This document shows positions 39,368 to 52,404 of a stretch of 64,000 nt of DNA, in pieces. The notes beneath the pieces were generated by a model. That model was not told the origin of the DNA and ran no database searches. It worked only from the letters and a program-made list of their open reading frames with translations. The stretch is from contig OZ218951.1 of assembly GCA_965112735.1 (NCBI GenBank), positions 3,968,001 to 4,032,000 of the forward strand, given 5' to 3'. This DNA comes from Phaeosaccion multiseriatum (Eukaryota; Protista; Ochrophyta, other classes). Every line of letters begins with the position of its first letter. Position 1 is the first letter of the stretch. The position numbers and the translations under genes are program-made.

Positions 39368-39675
39368 GACAAACGGCGACCACGCTCGTGAGAAGAGCAC
39401 CCACGCCACTTCTGCAGACTCTCGCGTATGCCGGACCGGAAGTACTCATCTGCTGCTGTGATGTATTACCAGGGAACAATCGCCCCCTGACAAGGTTCTG
39501 AGCGACCCAGGTTCCAGGTTCTGGCCAACCCTAGCCGGCCTGGTTCCAGGTTCTGGCCATGAGTGCTTGCAAAGACGCATGACCCGGCGGGAGCTTCGGT
39601 GCAGCCTTAGGCAAAGGGCACGCGACCATCACACGATATGTAGTGTATAGTGAGGGGTGAGAAAAAATTATGGGT

Positions 39676-39901
39676 GTCTAAAAGTAGTGGCTCACCGCCC
39701 CGGGGAACTTAGCCCCCGAGGTCGTATCCCTCCGATGCGTGCTTGTCAGTTCTCCCCATCGGAATAAAGTTGATACCAGCCAGGATCCTGTGGCGAATGA
39801 TTCAATCTTTCGTGTCGGGCCCGCTGGAGCACAACGGCCAATCGCCGCCGAATGACGCAAACAGCCCTCGCATAAGCCCTCATGTCCAAATGTTCGTGCC
39901 C
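39676..39901 (-). repeat. About 220-bp dispersed repeat, copy 1 (inverted relative to 58751-58962)
   Basis: The reverse complement aligns end to end with 58751-58962, with scattered substitutions and small indels. Confidence 0.9.
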
Positions 39902-40041
39902 CCCAGCCATGTGGGTGGCGAGTGCAGTAGGCAAAAGGCAAAAGGGTGGGGTGATATGTGAAATGTGTACACATTGTGTCTCCAGTGCTCGGTCACAAAT
40001 GTCGATTTCGCAAGCCCCCCTTTTTTTCTTTATCTGTTTCC

Positions 40042-41336
40042 ATGGAGAAACAGGGAGGTAACGAAGGGGGAGGGGACAGGGGGGAAGATGGGATAGCATC
40101 AGTGGGCGGCGTGGCAAAGGAGACCAAGCTGGTGAGTGAAGCACCTGAGCCAAAGGAGAAAGAAAGGAAAGGAAATATGTGTTGCCTCACCTCTAACCTT
40201 ACCAAGCCCTCTTGCAGCCTGTGCTCGTCATAAAGGATCGCGTGCTCTTCCCGGGAGGACTGATGCGACTCAGCGTGAGCCGTCCCAAGAGTATCGGCCT
40301 CGTGGAGATGCTTGTCACGAGAGACGGCAACATGTCGGTCAGGCACCCCAACTCCATCGCTCTCGCCATCTTCACCTTGAAGCCGGCGGTGGCCGAAGCG
40401 GAGGAGAGAGAGCAGGGCTTTGGGCCAGGAGGAGTGGCAGAAGCGCGATCGGTAGAGAGTAGGCGAATGGTCACAGGTGCCGACAAGAAGAAGGGTGGTA
40501 GCAGCAGCAGCATCAGCAGCAGTAGCACGTCTTACGGCACATTTCTCGATCGCATCTACAAGACAGGCTGCGCGGCTCAGCTGCTGCAGGTTTCTCGCTC
40601 ACGATCGAGTACGGGGGGAGGGGGCGGGGAGTACACCTACTCTGTGCTGGTGCAGGGTATGGGTCGAGTGCGTCTGGTGGACCAACCATGGGGCGAGAAC
40701 CCCTCCAGCAAGGGTGCGGAGGGCAGGGAGGGCGGTGGCAGTCCCAGCCCCAGCCCCAGCCCCAGCAGCACTTTTCTGGGAGCCCCCCCACTCACTGCTC
40801 GGGTCATGTTTCTCGAGGACCGGGGGTCGCCACACGACGCAGGGGTGAGTGAGGGAGCGCTTGCCGGAGAGGGGGCAGCCAGAGGTGAAGAGGTCGACCG
40901 ACCGACCGACCGACCGACCGAGACACGGCAAGATGATGATACTCGCTTTGTCCGACACCAAGGGAGGCTGGCTGTGGTCAAGCCTCTGTTTCTCTTGCGT
41001 GCGATATATAGAGCTGGGCAGCGGCACCCTAAATCACCTACCTACCTGCCTGACTGCCAACCTACCTGCCTATCTGCCTGTCTGCCTACCTGCCTGCCTA
41101 CCTGTCTACCGGCCGGATTATCCTGCGGTACCTTACCTGCCTGGCGGCTCGGTCGGATGCTGACGGGCAAGCTGACACCCCACCCTTGTTGTCCTCGTCC
41201 TCGTCCTCGGCCTCGGCGTGGCAGGTGCAGGCCCTGACAGTGGCCTTGAAGGACGCAGTCAGGGACCTCGTGGATGCCGTGAATGTGCGCCTCGGTACCA
41301 CTGTAGGTACCGGACCTTCCAGCAACAGCAGTAGTG

Positions 41337-41368
<32 letters not shown>

Positions 41369-43247
41369 CGTAGTAGTAGTGGTCGTGGGGGAAGGAGGGC
41401 AGGGGCAGCAAACAGAGTCTTGAACAGCGGCAGGGGGAGCGGCAGGATGGGAGGAGGAGGAGGAGGAGGAGGACGAGGAGGAGGACGAGGAGGAGCAGGA
41501 GGAAGCAGCGCGGAGCAGCAGCTGCTGCAGCACATTCGAGCGGTGAGCACTCGCGAGCTAATGGACGCGTTGGCTCAGGCCAGTCCTGCGGCCCTCGCTG
41601 ACTTGCTGATGGGGCATCTCAACGCGCCTGTGGAAGGCAAGCAAAGGGTGCTGGAGGAGCTTGAGCTAGCGGCAAGGGTGAGGATGGTGCTCCACATCGT
41701 CAAGGAGCAGGCCGAGGTGCGTGGGAGGGAGGGAGGGAGGGGAGATAAAGGTGGGAGAGATGGAAATGTATAAATGTATAGGAGGGAGATGGTGCGGAGA
41801 GAGGTCGAGAAAAGGATAGGAAGAGAGGGCAGATGGAGACGGAAAGATGAGAGAGGGAGGAGGACATCCACTTCAAGTACGGCGTCTCTCCCCTTTAGAG
41901 AGGGAGGGTATGTCCTTCGATGGCCTCTCTGTCCTGTGAGAGGATCCCCTGCCGTTCAATCATGGCCCTGCGGCGGCTTTCCCCTTCCCTTCCCTTCTCC
42001 TTTGCTTTCCCCTTCCCTTCTCTTCCCCCTCTGCTTTCCCCTTCCCTTCCCTTCCCTTCCCCTCTGCTTTCCCTTTCCCTTCCCTTCCCCTCTGCTTTCC
42101 CCTTCCGTTCCCTTCCCTTCCCCCTCTGCTTTCCCCTTCCCCCTCTGCTCCTCCTCCTCATGTCTCTCTCTCTCCTCTCTCTGTGTGTGTTTTTGGGGGG
42201 TGCCTCACCTCCATCCACTGCCATATACTGCCCACAGGTGCTCACCCTGGCCACCAAGATCGACAAGGAGGTGGCGAGCAGCATCAGCTCGAGGCAGAGA
42301 GAGTTCTATCTGAGGCAGCAACTCAAGGCCATACGAAACGAGCTCGGGGAGGGACAAGGGGGCAGGACGGGGCGGGGGGAGGGGGAGGGGGAGGGAGAGG
42401 GGGAGGACGGAGGAGACATGGCTGAGCTGCAACAGATGCTCGACGACGCTGGACTGTCTGCAGAGGTGAGTGGAAAGGTGGGTGGGGGTGGCTACGGAGT
42501 GCGCAGTAGGCAGTTCCAAGTAGGTGGGCAGAGAGGGTGCAGTTCCAAGAAGATGGGTAAAGGGTGGGCGTTGGTAGTTCGAAGTATATGATGTCTTTTC
42601 TTCTCAGCCCCCCCCCCCCCCTTCACCCCTGCGTGGTTGGTGCTTCAGGCTGCCAAGGTAGCGGCGCGGGACATGCGTCGTCTGAAGCGTATGCAGCCCT
42701 CGCAGCCCGAGTACACCGTCATTCGCAACTATTTGGAGGTCTTGGCGGATCTGCCTTGGAGGGACGACAAGCACCAGCGCCAGCACAAGCAGAACAAGGA
42801 GAAGGGAGGCAGTAGTAGCAGTAGTAGTAGCAGCAGTAGCACCACCAGCAAGGATAATGTCGGTGAAGAAGCAGAAAGGGGCGAAGCCGCTCCTCCTCCT
42901 GCACAACAGGCACAGCAGGAAGGAGGCTTTATTGAGGTGGCGGAGGGGGAGGGGCAGGGGGAGGGTGGGGCAAGGCAGCGGCAGCAGCAGGAGGGGGAGG
43001 AGAAGGAGGACAGAGGGTACGACATGAGGAAGGTGCAGAGACGGCTTGATGCAGACCACTTCGGTCTAGACAAGGTACGGGCAGGGAGGAAAAGAGCTTG
43101 ATTGGTTAGTCTGTGTAGAGGGAGGCAGGGAGGGGGAGAGAGGGAGAGAGAGAGGGAGGGAGGGAGAGAGAGGAAGAGAGAGAGAAAGGGAGAGAGAGTT
43201 TCATCGCATGACTAACGTCATAGCTTTTCTCCTCCTCCTCCTCCTCC

Positions 43248-43287
<40 letters not shown>

Positions 43288-43298
43288 CATCATCGTCG

Positions 43299-43331
<33 letters not shown>

Positions 43332-43334
43332 CTG

Positions 43335-43365
<31 letters not shown>

Positions 43366-43436
43366 TGCCATCCTCATCATCCTCATCATCGTCATTGCCA
43401 TCGTCATCATCATCATCATCATCATCATCATCACTG

Positions 43437-43473
<37 letters not shown>

Positions 43474-43511
43474 TGCCATCCTCATCATCCTCATCATCGT
43501 CATTGCCATCG

Positions 43512-43554
<43 letters not shown>

Positions 43555-43599
43555 CATCATCATCATTGCCATCATCATCATCCTCATCATCATCATTGC

Positions 43600-43640
<41 letters not shown>

Positions 43641-43643
43641 CTG

Positions 43644-43679
<36 letters not shown>

Positions 43680-43707
43680 CTGTCATCATCATCATCATCA
43701 TCATTGC

Positions 43708-43749
<42 letters not shown>

Positions 43750-44529
43750 TGCCACAGGTCAAGAAGCGCATCGTGCAGTCCATCGCTGTTCGCGCTCTCC
43801 GCGGGGAGTCGAGCGAGGTACGTGTGCACAGCCCCGCAAGAAACACGGCACCACACGAGCCCTCTCTCTTTCCGCCCTGTCCCCCCCTGTCCCTTTTTGT
43901 GTCCCCCCCCCCCCCCCCCTCTCTCTCCCTCTCTCTCTCCCTCTCTCTCTCCCCTGTACGTATCGCAACTGCGATATCCGTCTTGTCCTGTCCCTTTCGC
44001 TCACACCACGCACGCACATACACACACTCATACACTCTTACTCTCTCTCTCAAGACACAAATACGCTCTCTCTCACACACACAACACATCCACGTTCTTT
44101 CTCTCTCTCACGCACACGCACACGCACACACACGCAGGGCTCTATTCTGTGCTTGGTGGGCCCCCCCGGGGTGGGCAAGACTTCACTGGGCAAGAGCGTG
44201 GCGGCCGCGGTGAGTGACGAGCCCCAGGGGGGGGACACTACTCACACTCACGCGCTCACCCACTCACCCACTCACTCACTCACTCACTCACTCACTTACT
44301 CACTCACTGAATCATTCTCTCACTCACCCACTCACTCATTTCCCCCCCCATTCACTCACTCACTCACTCACTCACTCACTCACACGCACTCACTCACTCA
44401 CTCACTCACTCACTCACTCACTCACTCACTCACTACTCTCTGCTTTACGTTGCGGTCTTTACCGGGCCCGACTCCTCTCCTCCCCTCCCCTCCCCTCCTC
44501 TCCCCCACCTCCCTACGTACACACACACA

Positions 44530-44594
<65 letters not shown>

Positions 44595-47500
44595 ACAGCT
44601 CCACCGCCCGTTCCAACGCCTGGCCCTCGGCGGTGTATCGGACGAGGCAGAAATCCGAGGGCATCGGCGGACCTACATCGGCGCCATGCCCGGCTCTGTG
44701 CTTGCCGCCCTCCGTAAGGCCAAGAGCCGCTCACCAGTGGTGCTGCTTGACGAGGTGGACAAGCTGGGGGAGGGCGTGAGGGGCGGGGGGGGGCCGGCCT
44801 CGGCGTTGCTGGAGGTGGGTGGGTGCATGGCAGTGGATGGCAGTGGATGGCAGTGAGTAGGTGGGTGGAGGGGGGGGGCGGCCTCGGCAGTGCTGGAGAT
44901 GGGTGGGTGGGTGGCAGTGGATGGCAGTGGGTAGGTGTGGGTGGGTGTGGGGTGGGTGGATGGCAGTGGATGGCAGTGTTTGGGGTGGATGGCAGTGAGT
45001 AGGTGGGTTTGGGGGGAACCGACTTCGGCGTCACTGGAGGTGGGTGGATGACGTAGATGACAGTGGATGGCATTGGATGGGTGAGTGAGTGGGTGGGTGG
45101 ATGGATGGGTGGTTGGATGGCAGCCACCGAACACACCTCCCCTCCCCCCCCCCCAACGTACCACATCCCTCCCTCTTCCCCTACGCCCCACCCACCCATC
45201 CTCCCACCCATCCTCCCACCCCCCGCAAACCCCCCAGGTGCTGGACCCTGAGCAGAACTGCACCTTCACGGACCATTTCCTCAACGTGCCCTTCGACCTT
45301 TCCTCCGTCCTCTTCGTGGCCACCGCCAACACTTTGGACACCATCCCTCCGCCCCTCTTGGACAGGATGGAGGTGAGTGAGTGTGTGTGTGTATGGGAGT
45401 GAGTGTGTGTGTCTGTGTGTGTCTGTGTGTGTCTGTGTGTGTCTGTGTGTGTGAGAGGGGGGGGGGGGGTGCAAGGAGAGAGGGCACAAGGAGAGACAGA
45501 GATATAAGAGACAGGAACAAAGAGGAGCGAGCATCACAAGAGAGTAGAGAGAGTAGGCCAAGAAGCTGAAACTGTCACACTGTGACATGACATGACATGA
45601 CGTCACAGGTGATCCACCTGCCGGGCTACACGAGTCAGGAGAAGCTTGCCATCGCCACCCGCTTCATCCTGCCCAAGGTCAGTAAGTCAGTCAGTGAGTG
45701 AGTGAGTGAGTGAGTGAGTGAGTCACTTGGGCCACAGAATCCATACTCTTACTGTAAAGCGTTCGACACGGCGACGTTCGACATTCGAAGCTCGAATTTT
45801 TAAACTCGAACTGCAACTGCAAACTGCTTCTGAAGGTGATGCGCGAGTGCGGCATCACAGAGGAGCACCTGCTGCTGCCTTCCAGTGCCATCCTCCAGGT
45901 GGCGCAGTCCTACACAAGAGAGGTAAGCAAGTGGGTGGGTGGGTGCGTGAGTGCGTGGGGGTGTGGGTGGGTGCGTGTGGGTGTGTGCGTGTGGGTGTGT
46001 GCGTGTGGGTGTGTGCGTGTGGGTGTATGACTCTTTGTCGCTCTCTCGTCGTTTTCACCCCCTAATGCTCTACTCTCTGTGCCCCCTCGTGATCGCCCCT
46101 TGACCCCACCCCCACTCGCACGTCATGTGGTGATACAGGCCGGTGTTCGCCAGTTGGAGAGAGAGTTAGCGACGATCTGCAGACACGTTGCGTACATGGT
46201 CGTGGCATGGAGAGAGGACGGCACTGGTAGGGAAGCCTCTTCGGCCAATGCTGCCAATGGGAGTGCCGAGGGAGAAGGAGGAGGTGAGCGTGAGTGAGTG
46301 AGTGGGTGAGCGAGTGAGTGAGTGCGCGGGTGTGGACAGAAGAGAGAGGAGAGAGAAGAGGACAGAGCGTAGAAGGCAGCTGAGAGAGGAAAGGAGAGAG
46401 GGTGAAGCAGCGTCGAGCTCTCTCTCTCTAGTGTGTGTGTGTGTGTGTATATCCTCTGCGCTCACTCACTCTCCCATGTTATTCACTGACGCTCCCTCCC
46501 TCCCTCCCCCTCCCTGTGCCCCTGCGTACAGAGGCGGTGTACACGTACGCTTCGGTGAGTATCGGTGGTGGCGGTGACGCTGATGCTGATGCCATGAATA
46601 GCAGCAACAGCGGCAGCAGCGGGGATAGCGTGGTTCTGCCCCAGGCCCAGGCAATCCCCCTGCCCCTATCCCATGCAATGCCCTTCCCTCGAGTGGTGGT
46701 GACGGCTTCACTGCTGCAGGCGGTGCTTGGCCCTCCTCGTTTCCAGTCTGAGGTGGCGGCGAGGGTTTCCATTGCCGGGGTGTGCACGGGGCTGGCCTAC
46801 ACGCCCCAGGGGGGGGAGCTCCTCTTTATCGAATGCAGCAGTCATGGGGGCAAAGGGAAGGGGGAAGGAGGCAAGTTGACGCTGACGGGCAAGCTCGGAG
46901 AGGTTATGAAAGAGAGCGCTCTCATCGCCCTGACTTTCATCCGCAGCAACGAAGCGGAGGTCAAGCATTGCCTGGGCCTGGGCCCAATCCCCGAGGCGGC
47001 CAGTCCTAGTTGTGGGGAGACGACAACACATGGTGGGGAGCCTCCGGGGGAGCTGCTCTTCGACTACAGTGCCACCGATATCCACCTCCACGTGCCGGCG
47101 GGGGCAGTGCCCAAGGACGGGCCCTCTGCGGGAGTGTCCATCGCGTGTGCGCTCCTCTCTATGATGACGGGGCGCTGTGTGCCTCCTTGCCTCGCCATGA
47201 CGGGGGAGGTGACGCTGCGGGGACTTGTGCTGCCTGTAGGGGGTGTCAAGGACAAGGTGAGGGGGGGTGGGGTGGGGTGGGAGGGGGTGGGGTGGGGTAG
47301 GGCGTTGTGTTTGTTGTGTTGTGCTGTGCTCTTTTTCTCGTTCACTGCGCACCCGACCGCCCCTCCGACTGCCTCCGCCTTCACCTCACTCACTCACTCA
47401 CTCACTCACTAACCTCACTCAGTCACTCACTCACTATTCACTCACTCACTCACTCACTCACTCACTCACTCACTCACTCACTCACTCACTCACTCACTCA

Positions 47501-47808
47501 CTCACTCACTCACTCACTCACTCACTCACTCACTAACCTCACTCACTCACTCACTCACTATTCACTCACTCACTCACTCACTCACTCACTCACTCACCCA
47601 CTCACTCACCCTCCCCTTGAACAGGTGATTGCAGCGCACCGCGGGGGCATCAAGCGAGTGATCCTCCCCCTCCGTAACGAGCGTGACCTTGAGGACATTC
47701 CGCCCTTGGTAAGAAAGGAGATGGCCTTCACCTTTGTCTCCTCCCTTTTGGAGGTGTTTCAGGCGGCCTTCCAGCCCAGCCCAAGCCCAAGCAACAGCAG
47801 TCACATGG

Positions 47809-47845
<37 letters not shown>

Positions 47846-47984
47846 TGGGCAGCTCCCTGCAGAGAGAGAGCGCACCCCCTTGGGGCCTGCTGCTGCTTCT
47901 GCTGCCCGTATGAGTGCAGCCAGGTGTGAAGGCGCTCTGTGTGTGTGCGACTCTGCCGCCCCCGTGCTGAGGAGCAGTCTGTGA
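40042..47984 (+). CDS. Lon protease, peroxisomal type (LONP2-like), multi-exon
   Basis: L|[14 protein letters not shown] (LON_N), [38 protein letters not shown]|VKKRI, Walker [27 protein letters not shown], catalytic PKDGPSAG and GGVKDK, C-terminus ...LRSSL* (PTS1-like). Confidence 0.93.
43248..43750. repeat. About 500-bp imperfect (ATC)n microsatellite in a Lon intron
   Basis: Visible trinucleotide tract ending just before the acceptor at 43757. Confidence 0.95.
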
Positions 47985-49424
47985 AGCTCTGTGAAGCTCT
48001 GTGAAGCTCTGTCAAGGGGGCAGGAGAGGAGAGCAGAGCAGTGCAGGCAGGTGGAGAGCTGCAGTGAACCTCAAATGCGGATGAGCGCAGGAGAGCTTCT
48101 ATGAAGCAGGACAGTAATGGGGTAGGGGGAGGAGGAGGAGGAGGAGGAGGAGGAGCTGTAGTCAAGTCTGCAGCGTCGAGTGAGTTGCGCGGCATGTGCA
48201 TAATTAAAAATCTATAAATACTTGTGTTGGGGGGGTGTAGAGCTGAGAAGACGAAAGCTAACAGTTATTTCAAAGTGCTTTGCTTTGTTATGATGGAAAG
48301 GATGAGAGGATGGATGGATGGAAGGAGCGGCGTGCAAGACAAAATGAAGTAAAGCAGACAATACATAGATGGATGGATAAATACAGTCAAACGAAGGAAG
48401 GAGGGAAAAATACAATCAAACAACAGCACATTGGATCCAGAGACGTATGTGAGCCGCCGATGGCAGTGGATGGATCTCAGTAAGATCTTAAAGGTCCCGG
48501 ACATCATAACTTAGCTACTTACTCAGCTCTTACGTACTTAGCTACATACTCGCTACTTTGCGTCGTCATCCTACCACAGAGGCAAGTACTTGTCACTCAC
48601 ACTCGAGTTTGTGATAACACCATCTCCCCTCCTTGTCAGCACTCTTTGTCCTCCGCGTACACAGATAGCCAACCACATTGTTGAGAGAGCTGTTGAGCAG
48701 AGAGCTTTCCAGAGCTACATCCTCGTCATCCATGCCCCTCCCCTCCATTCCTCCCTGTACGCTCTCTCCACACGGAGCGGCAGCACACCACACCACGCCA
48801 CACCACAGGATAGCACAGCACAGCAGTTGGTGATACAGCACAGCACAGTAGTGACTTCCTTGCACCCCACTCATCAATCTCCTTCCCCCCCTCCCCTGCT
48901 CTCTCCCCTGCCTGCCTCTCCCCTCCTTCCCCTGCCATCCTTTGCCATCCCCCTCCCTCCCCTCCCCTCCCCTCCCCTGCCATCCCCTGCCCTCTCTCTG
49001 TTCTGTCGGGGCAAGATGCGCTTCCCTCCTTCCTCCTCCCTCCTCCCTCCAGCCCCGACTAGGCCCCTGACTGACGCTGCGCCCCTCCCTGCAGGCTCTC
49101 CATCCCCTGTTTCTTGTGCTTCCCCTCCCTCTCCTCCGCCCCCCCACTCTCCCTTGGCCTTCCACCCCGATGTATCGCCCGCTGCTGCTGTAATACCAAC
49201 TGCTGCTGCTGCTGCTGCTGATGCTGCTGCTGCCTGTTGGGCCATTCACAACCTCTTCCTCCCCCCCCCGGACTCCACCCCTGCCCTCTTCCTCAGTCCA
49301 CACACAGAGAGAGAGAGAGAGAGGAGCCGTCGCATTGTCTTGTTGAAACTGCCTTGCTGTCTTGCTGCACCTCCACCCTCCACCTTATAGACCTTAGACC
49401 CCAAGACCTTCGACGTTTCAGGCC

Positions 49425-52359
49425 TTACACAGCTCCGTGTGTGAGCATGACCTCTGCCACTCTCCTGAAGCCCGCGATATCAGCTCCTGCCTGCAGGTCT
49501 CCCCTTGTGTTGTACTCCTTCGCCGTCTGTTTCACCTCGTCTGTGCCGAGTAGCAAGACAGACAAGAGACAATATATACACGAAGAGAGAGAGGGGGGTG
49601 GGTGGGTAATGGAGAGAGGCATGGAGAAAGGGGCATAGAGTCAATAGAGAGTAAACGCCAAGAGAGGAAAGCGGTACAGGACAAAAACGCTCCGGGGCGG
49701 GGTATGACAGGCGGCAAGAAAGCGACGAGCGGAAGGAAGTCATTCTCCAGTGTCGAGGTGAGCTGTCGAGTGACTGTCTAGCAGTAGCAGCCCCTTGACT
49801 GTCAAGGTGAGCTGTCGAGTGACTGTCTAGCAGTAGCAGCCCCTTGACTGTCGAGTCACTGCCCCTTTAAGCCAAACCCTTCCCTCATCCACCCCTCCCC
49901 CCCCTACCCTCGCTCTGACCCATCTCCATATCTATCCCCCCCCCCCCCTCCTCCTCCTCCATCTCCTCCCCGTGACTCACCAAAGATGGCCTGCATCCTG
50001 TCCTTAATGCGTGCCTCCAACATGTCTGCTGTCATGGTCAAGTCTACGCTTGTCTCTGGTCCGCTCACCAACCCTGCTGCAGCCCCTGTGGCCTTGTGCG
50101 GGGCAAACATGATTCCTCTCTTCCTGAACACTGCCTTGGCCTCCTTCGAGCAAGGCTGACAAGAGGAAGAGAGGGAGAGGGAGAGAAGAGAGAGAAAGGA
50201 AGGGAGGGGGGGGGGGAGGTGAAGAGAGAGGGGGAGGAGGGGTGGAGGAGAGGAGAAAAGAAAAGGGAGAATGACGTCACGATACGACGGGTCATGTACG
50301 TGTGCGTCCCCACTGACATATGTTACTCTCCCCCCCCCCCCACCCCTCTCTCTTTGACACCATCTCACTGACTGACCTGGTTGCCCCCCTCGATGACCCC
50401 CATGCATCCGTTGTCAGCAAGGCTTGTTGCTGTGGCGGCGTCGATCTCGTCGCGTTGTGCGCAAGCGAACACCTTTACGAAGGTTTGGCGAGGGGCGAGT
50501 GAGTGGGTGGGTGAGTGAGTGAGAGGGACAAGAGGGAGGGATGGTGGGAGGGAGGGAGGGAGAGAGAGAGAGAGAGATGTACATCACAGCAACAGCAGCT
50601 TTGACTTTGACTCACGAGATCGCAGGGGATGTTGAAGATATTCTCGGGATCGTTGTACTGCGCCGTTGTGGAGGCGATGATGTAACGGCCCAGCCTCGCT
50701 CCTCGCTGCGCAGAGGGAGAGGGGCGGGGGGGGGGCAGAGCACTGCTGAGTGGCAGGCAGGCGGCAGAGGGCAGAGGGCTGTGGCCACCAGAGGCGCGAC
50801 ACACGCAGGCAGGCAGCCGGGCGCCGATAATAGGGGCCCACAGGAACAGCGATACCCAAGCAGAGGGACAAGCACGTGTATGACCTCCTCCTCCTCCTCC
50901 TCCCCCTCCTCCTCCTCCTCCTCCTCCTCCTCCCCCTCCTCCTCCTCCTCCTCCTCCCCCCCTCCTCGTCCTCCTCCTCCTCCTCCTCCCCCTCCTCCTC
51001 CTCCTCCTCCTCCTCCTCCTCCTCCCCCTCCTCGTCCTCCTCGTCCTCCTCCTCCTCCCCCTCCTCCTCCTCCTTCTCCTCCTCCTCCCCCTCCTCCTCC
51101 TCCTCCTCCTCCTCCTCCCCCTCCTCCTCCTCCTCCTCCTCCTCCTCCTCCTCCTCCTCCTCCTCCTCCTCCTCCTCCTCCTCCTCCTCCCCCTCCCCCT
51201 CCTCCTCCTCCCCCTCCTCCTCCTCCCCCTCCTCCTCCTCCCCCTCCTCCTTCTCCTCCTCCTCCCCCCTCCTTCTCCTCCTCCCCCTCCTCCTCCTTCT
51301 CCTCCTCCTCCCCCTCCCCCTCCGTCCTCCTCCTCCTCCTCCTCCTCCTCCTCTCACCTCTGCCTTGATCTTGAGGATGGTCTTCATCTTGGATTGATCA
51401 ATACCCGCCGACTCATAAATGTGGCCACTCTGATCCGTAAAAGTCAACGGAATGGCGCCATACTCCAACAGCTTCTCTGCCACCGCCAAGGCCACCTTGC
51501 CGCTGCCCGTCACGAGACACCGCTTGCCCTTGAGCCCCTCGTTCTTATCTCTCAACATGGCGTCGGCGAAGTGCACCACGCCCGACCCAATGGCCTGCGG
51601 ATAGAGATGCGTTCCTCCCCACAACACGCCCTTGCCCCTCTGCGCAATGTGTTCATTGATCCGCTTGTACTGCCCGTACAGGTAGCCAATCTCGCTGGGG
51701 CCGCATCCGAAGCCGAAGGCAGGCGAGTCCAAATCGGGCCCAATGTATTTGGAAAGCTCCGTCATGAACGACTGACAGAAGCGCTGAATTTCGGCCTCGG
51801 ACTTGTCGTGCGGGTTAAAGTCGGCCCCTCCGACGGCGGCCCCCAGACTGCAGCCCGAGAGCGCGTTGCTGAAGACGGTGTCGAGTCCCTGCGCCTTCAT
51901 GAGGCTCATGTTGACGTTGCCGGAGAAGTGCAAGCTCCCCTCGTAAGGCCCTAGGGCACTCGAGTACTGCACTCGGAAACCCCTGTTTCGCGTATTTTGT
52001 GTGTGTTTTGTGTAGTTTGTGTTGTGTTGTTGTGTTTGATGCGTGGGGGGGGGGGGGGGGTTGAGTTGTAAGACGGTTACATTTGGGACCACACGACATG
52101 ATGGTTAGTCACGTGATGACATGACGGTTACAATGCATAAGGAGTTCGGGACTGCCGGGTACAGAGTACAAGGAGTTAGGGGATCACACTTCACCCCTGC
52201 CACTACCCGGCAAGGAGTGAGTGTCTTCCTGAGTCTTCCTCACTCTCTTCCTACCTGTTCATGCGGCTGTTGCCGTGGTCGTCGAGCCAGGCCACGCGGA
52301 ATTGAATGGCACGCTCGGGCTCGATGAGCTTTGGTTTGGGTTTAGGTTTGTTCGTTTGG

Positions 52360-52404
<45 letters not shown>

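Noticed and set aside
39676-39690. CACTA transposon terminus (CACTACTTTTAGAC on the minus strand)
   Set aside because: The other two copies read CATTA and CGTTA, and homology continues past this point, so it is not a convincing CACTA end.
43106-44779. Long poly-D, poly-M, poly-I and poly-S ORFs
   Set aside because: Translations of an intronic (ATC)n tract inside Lon.
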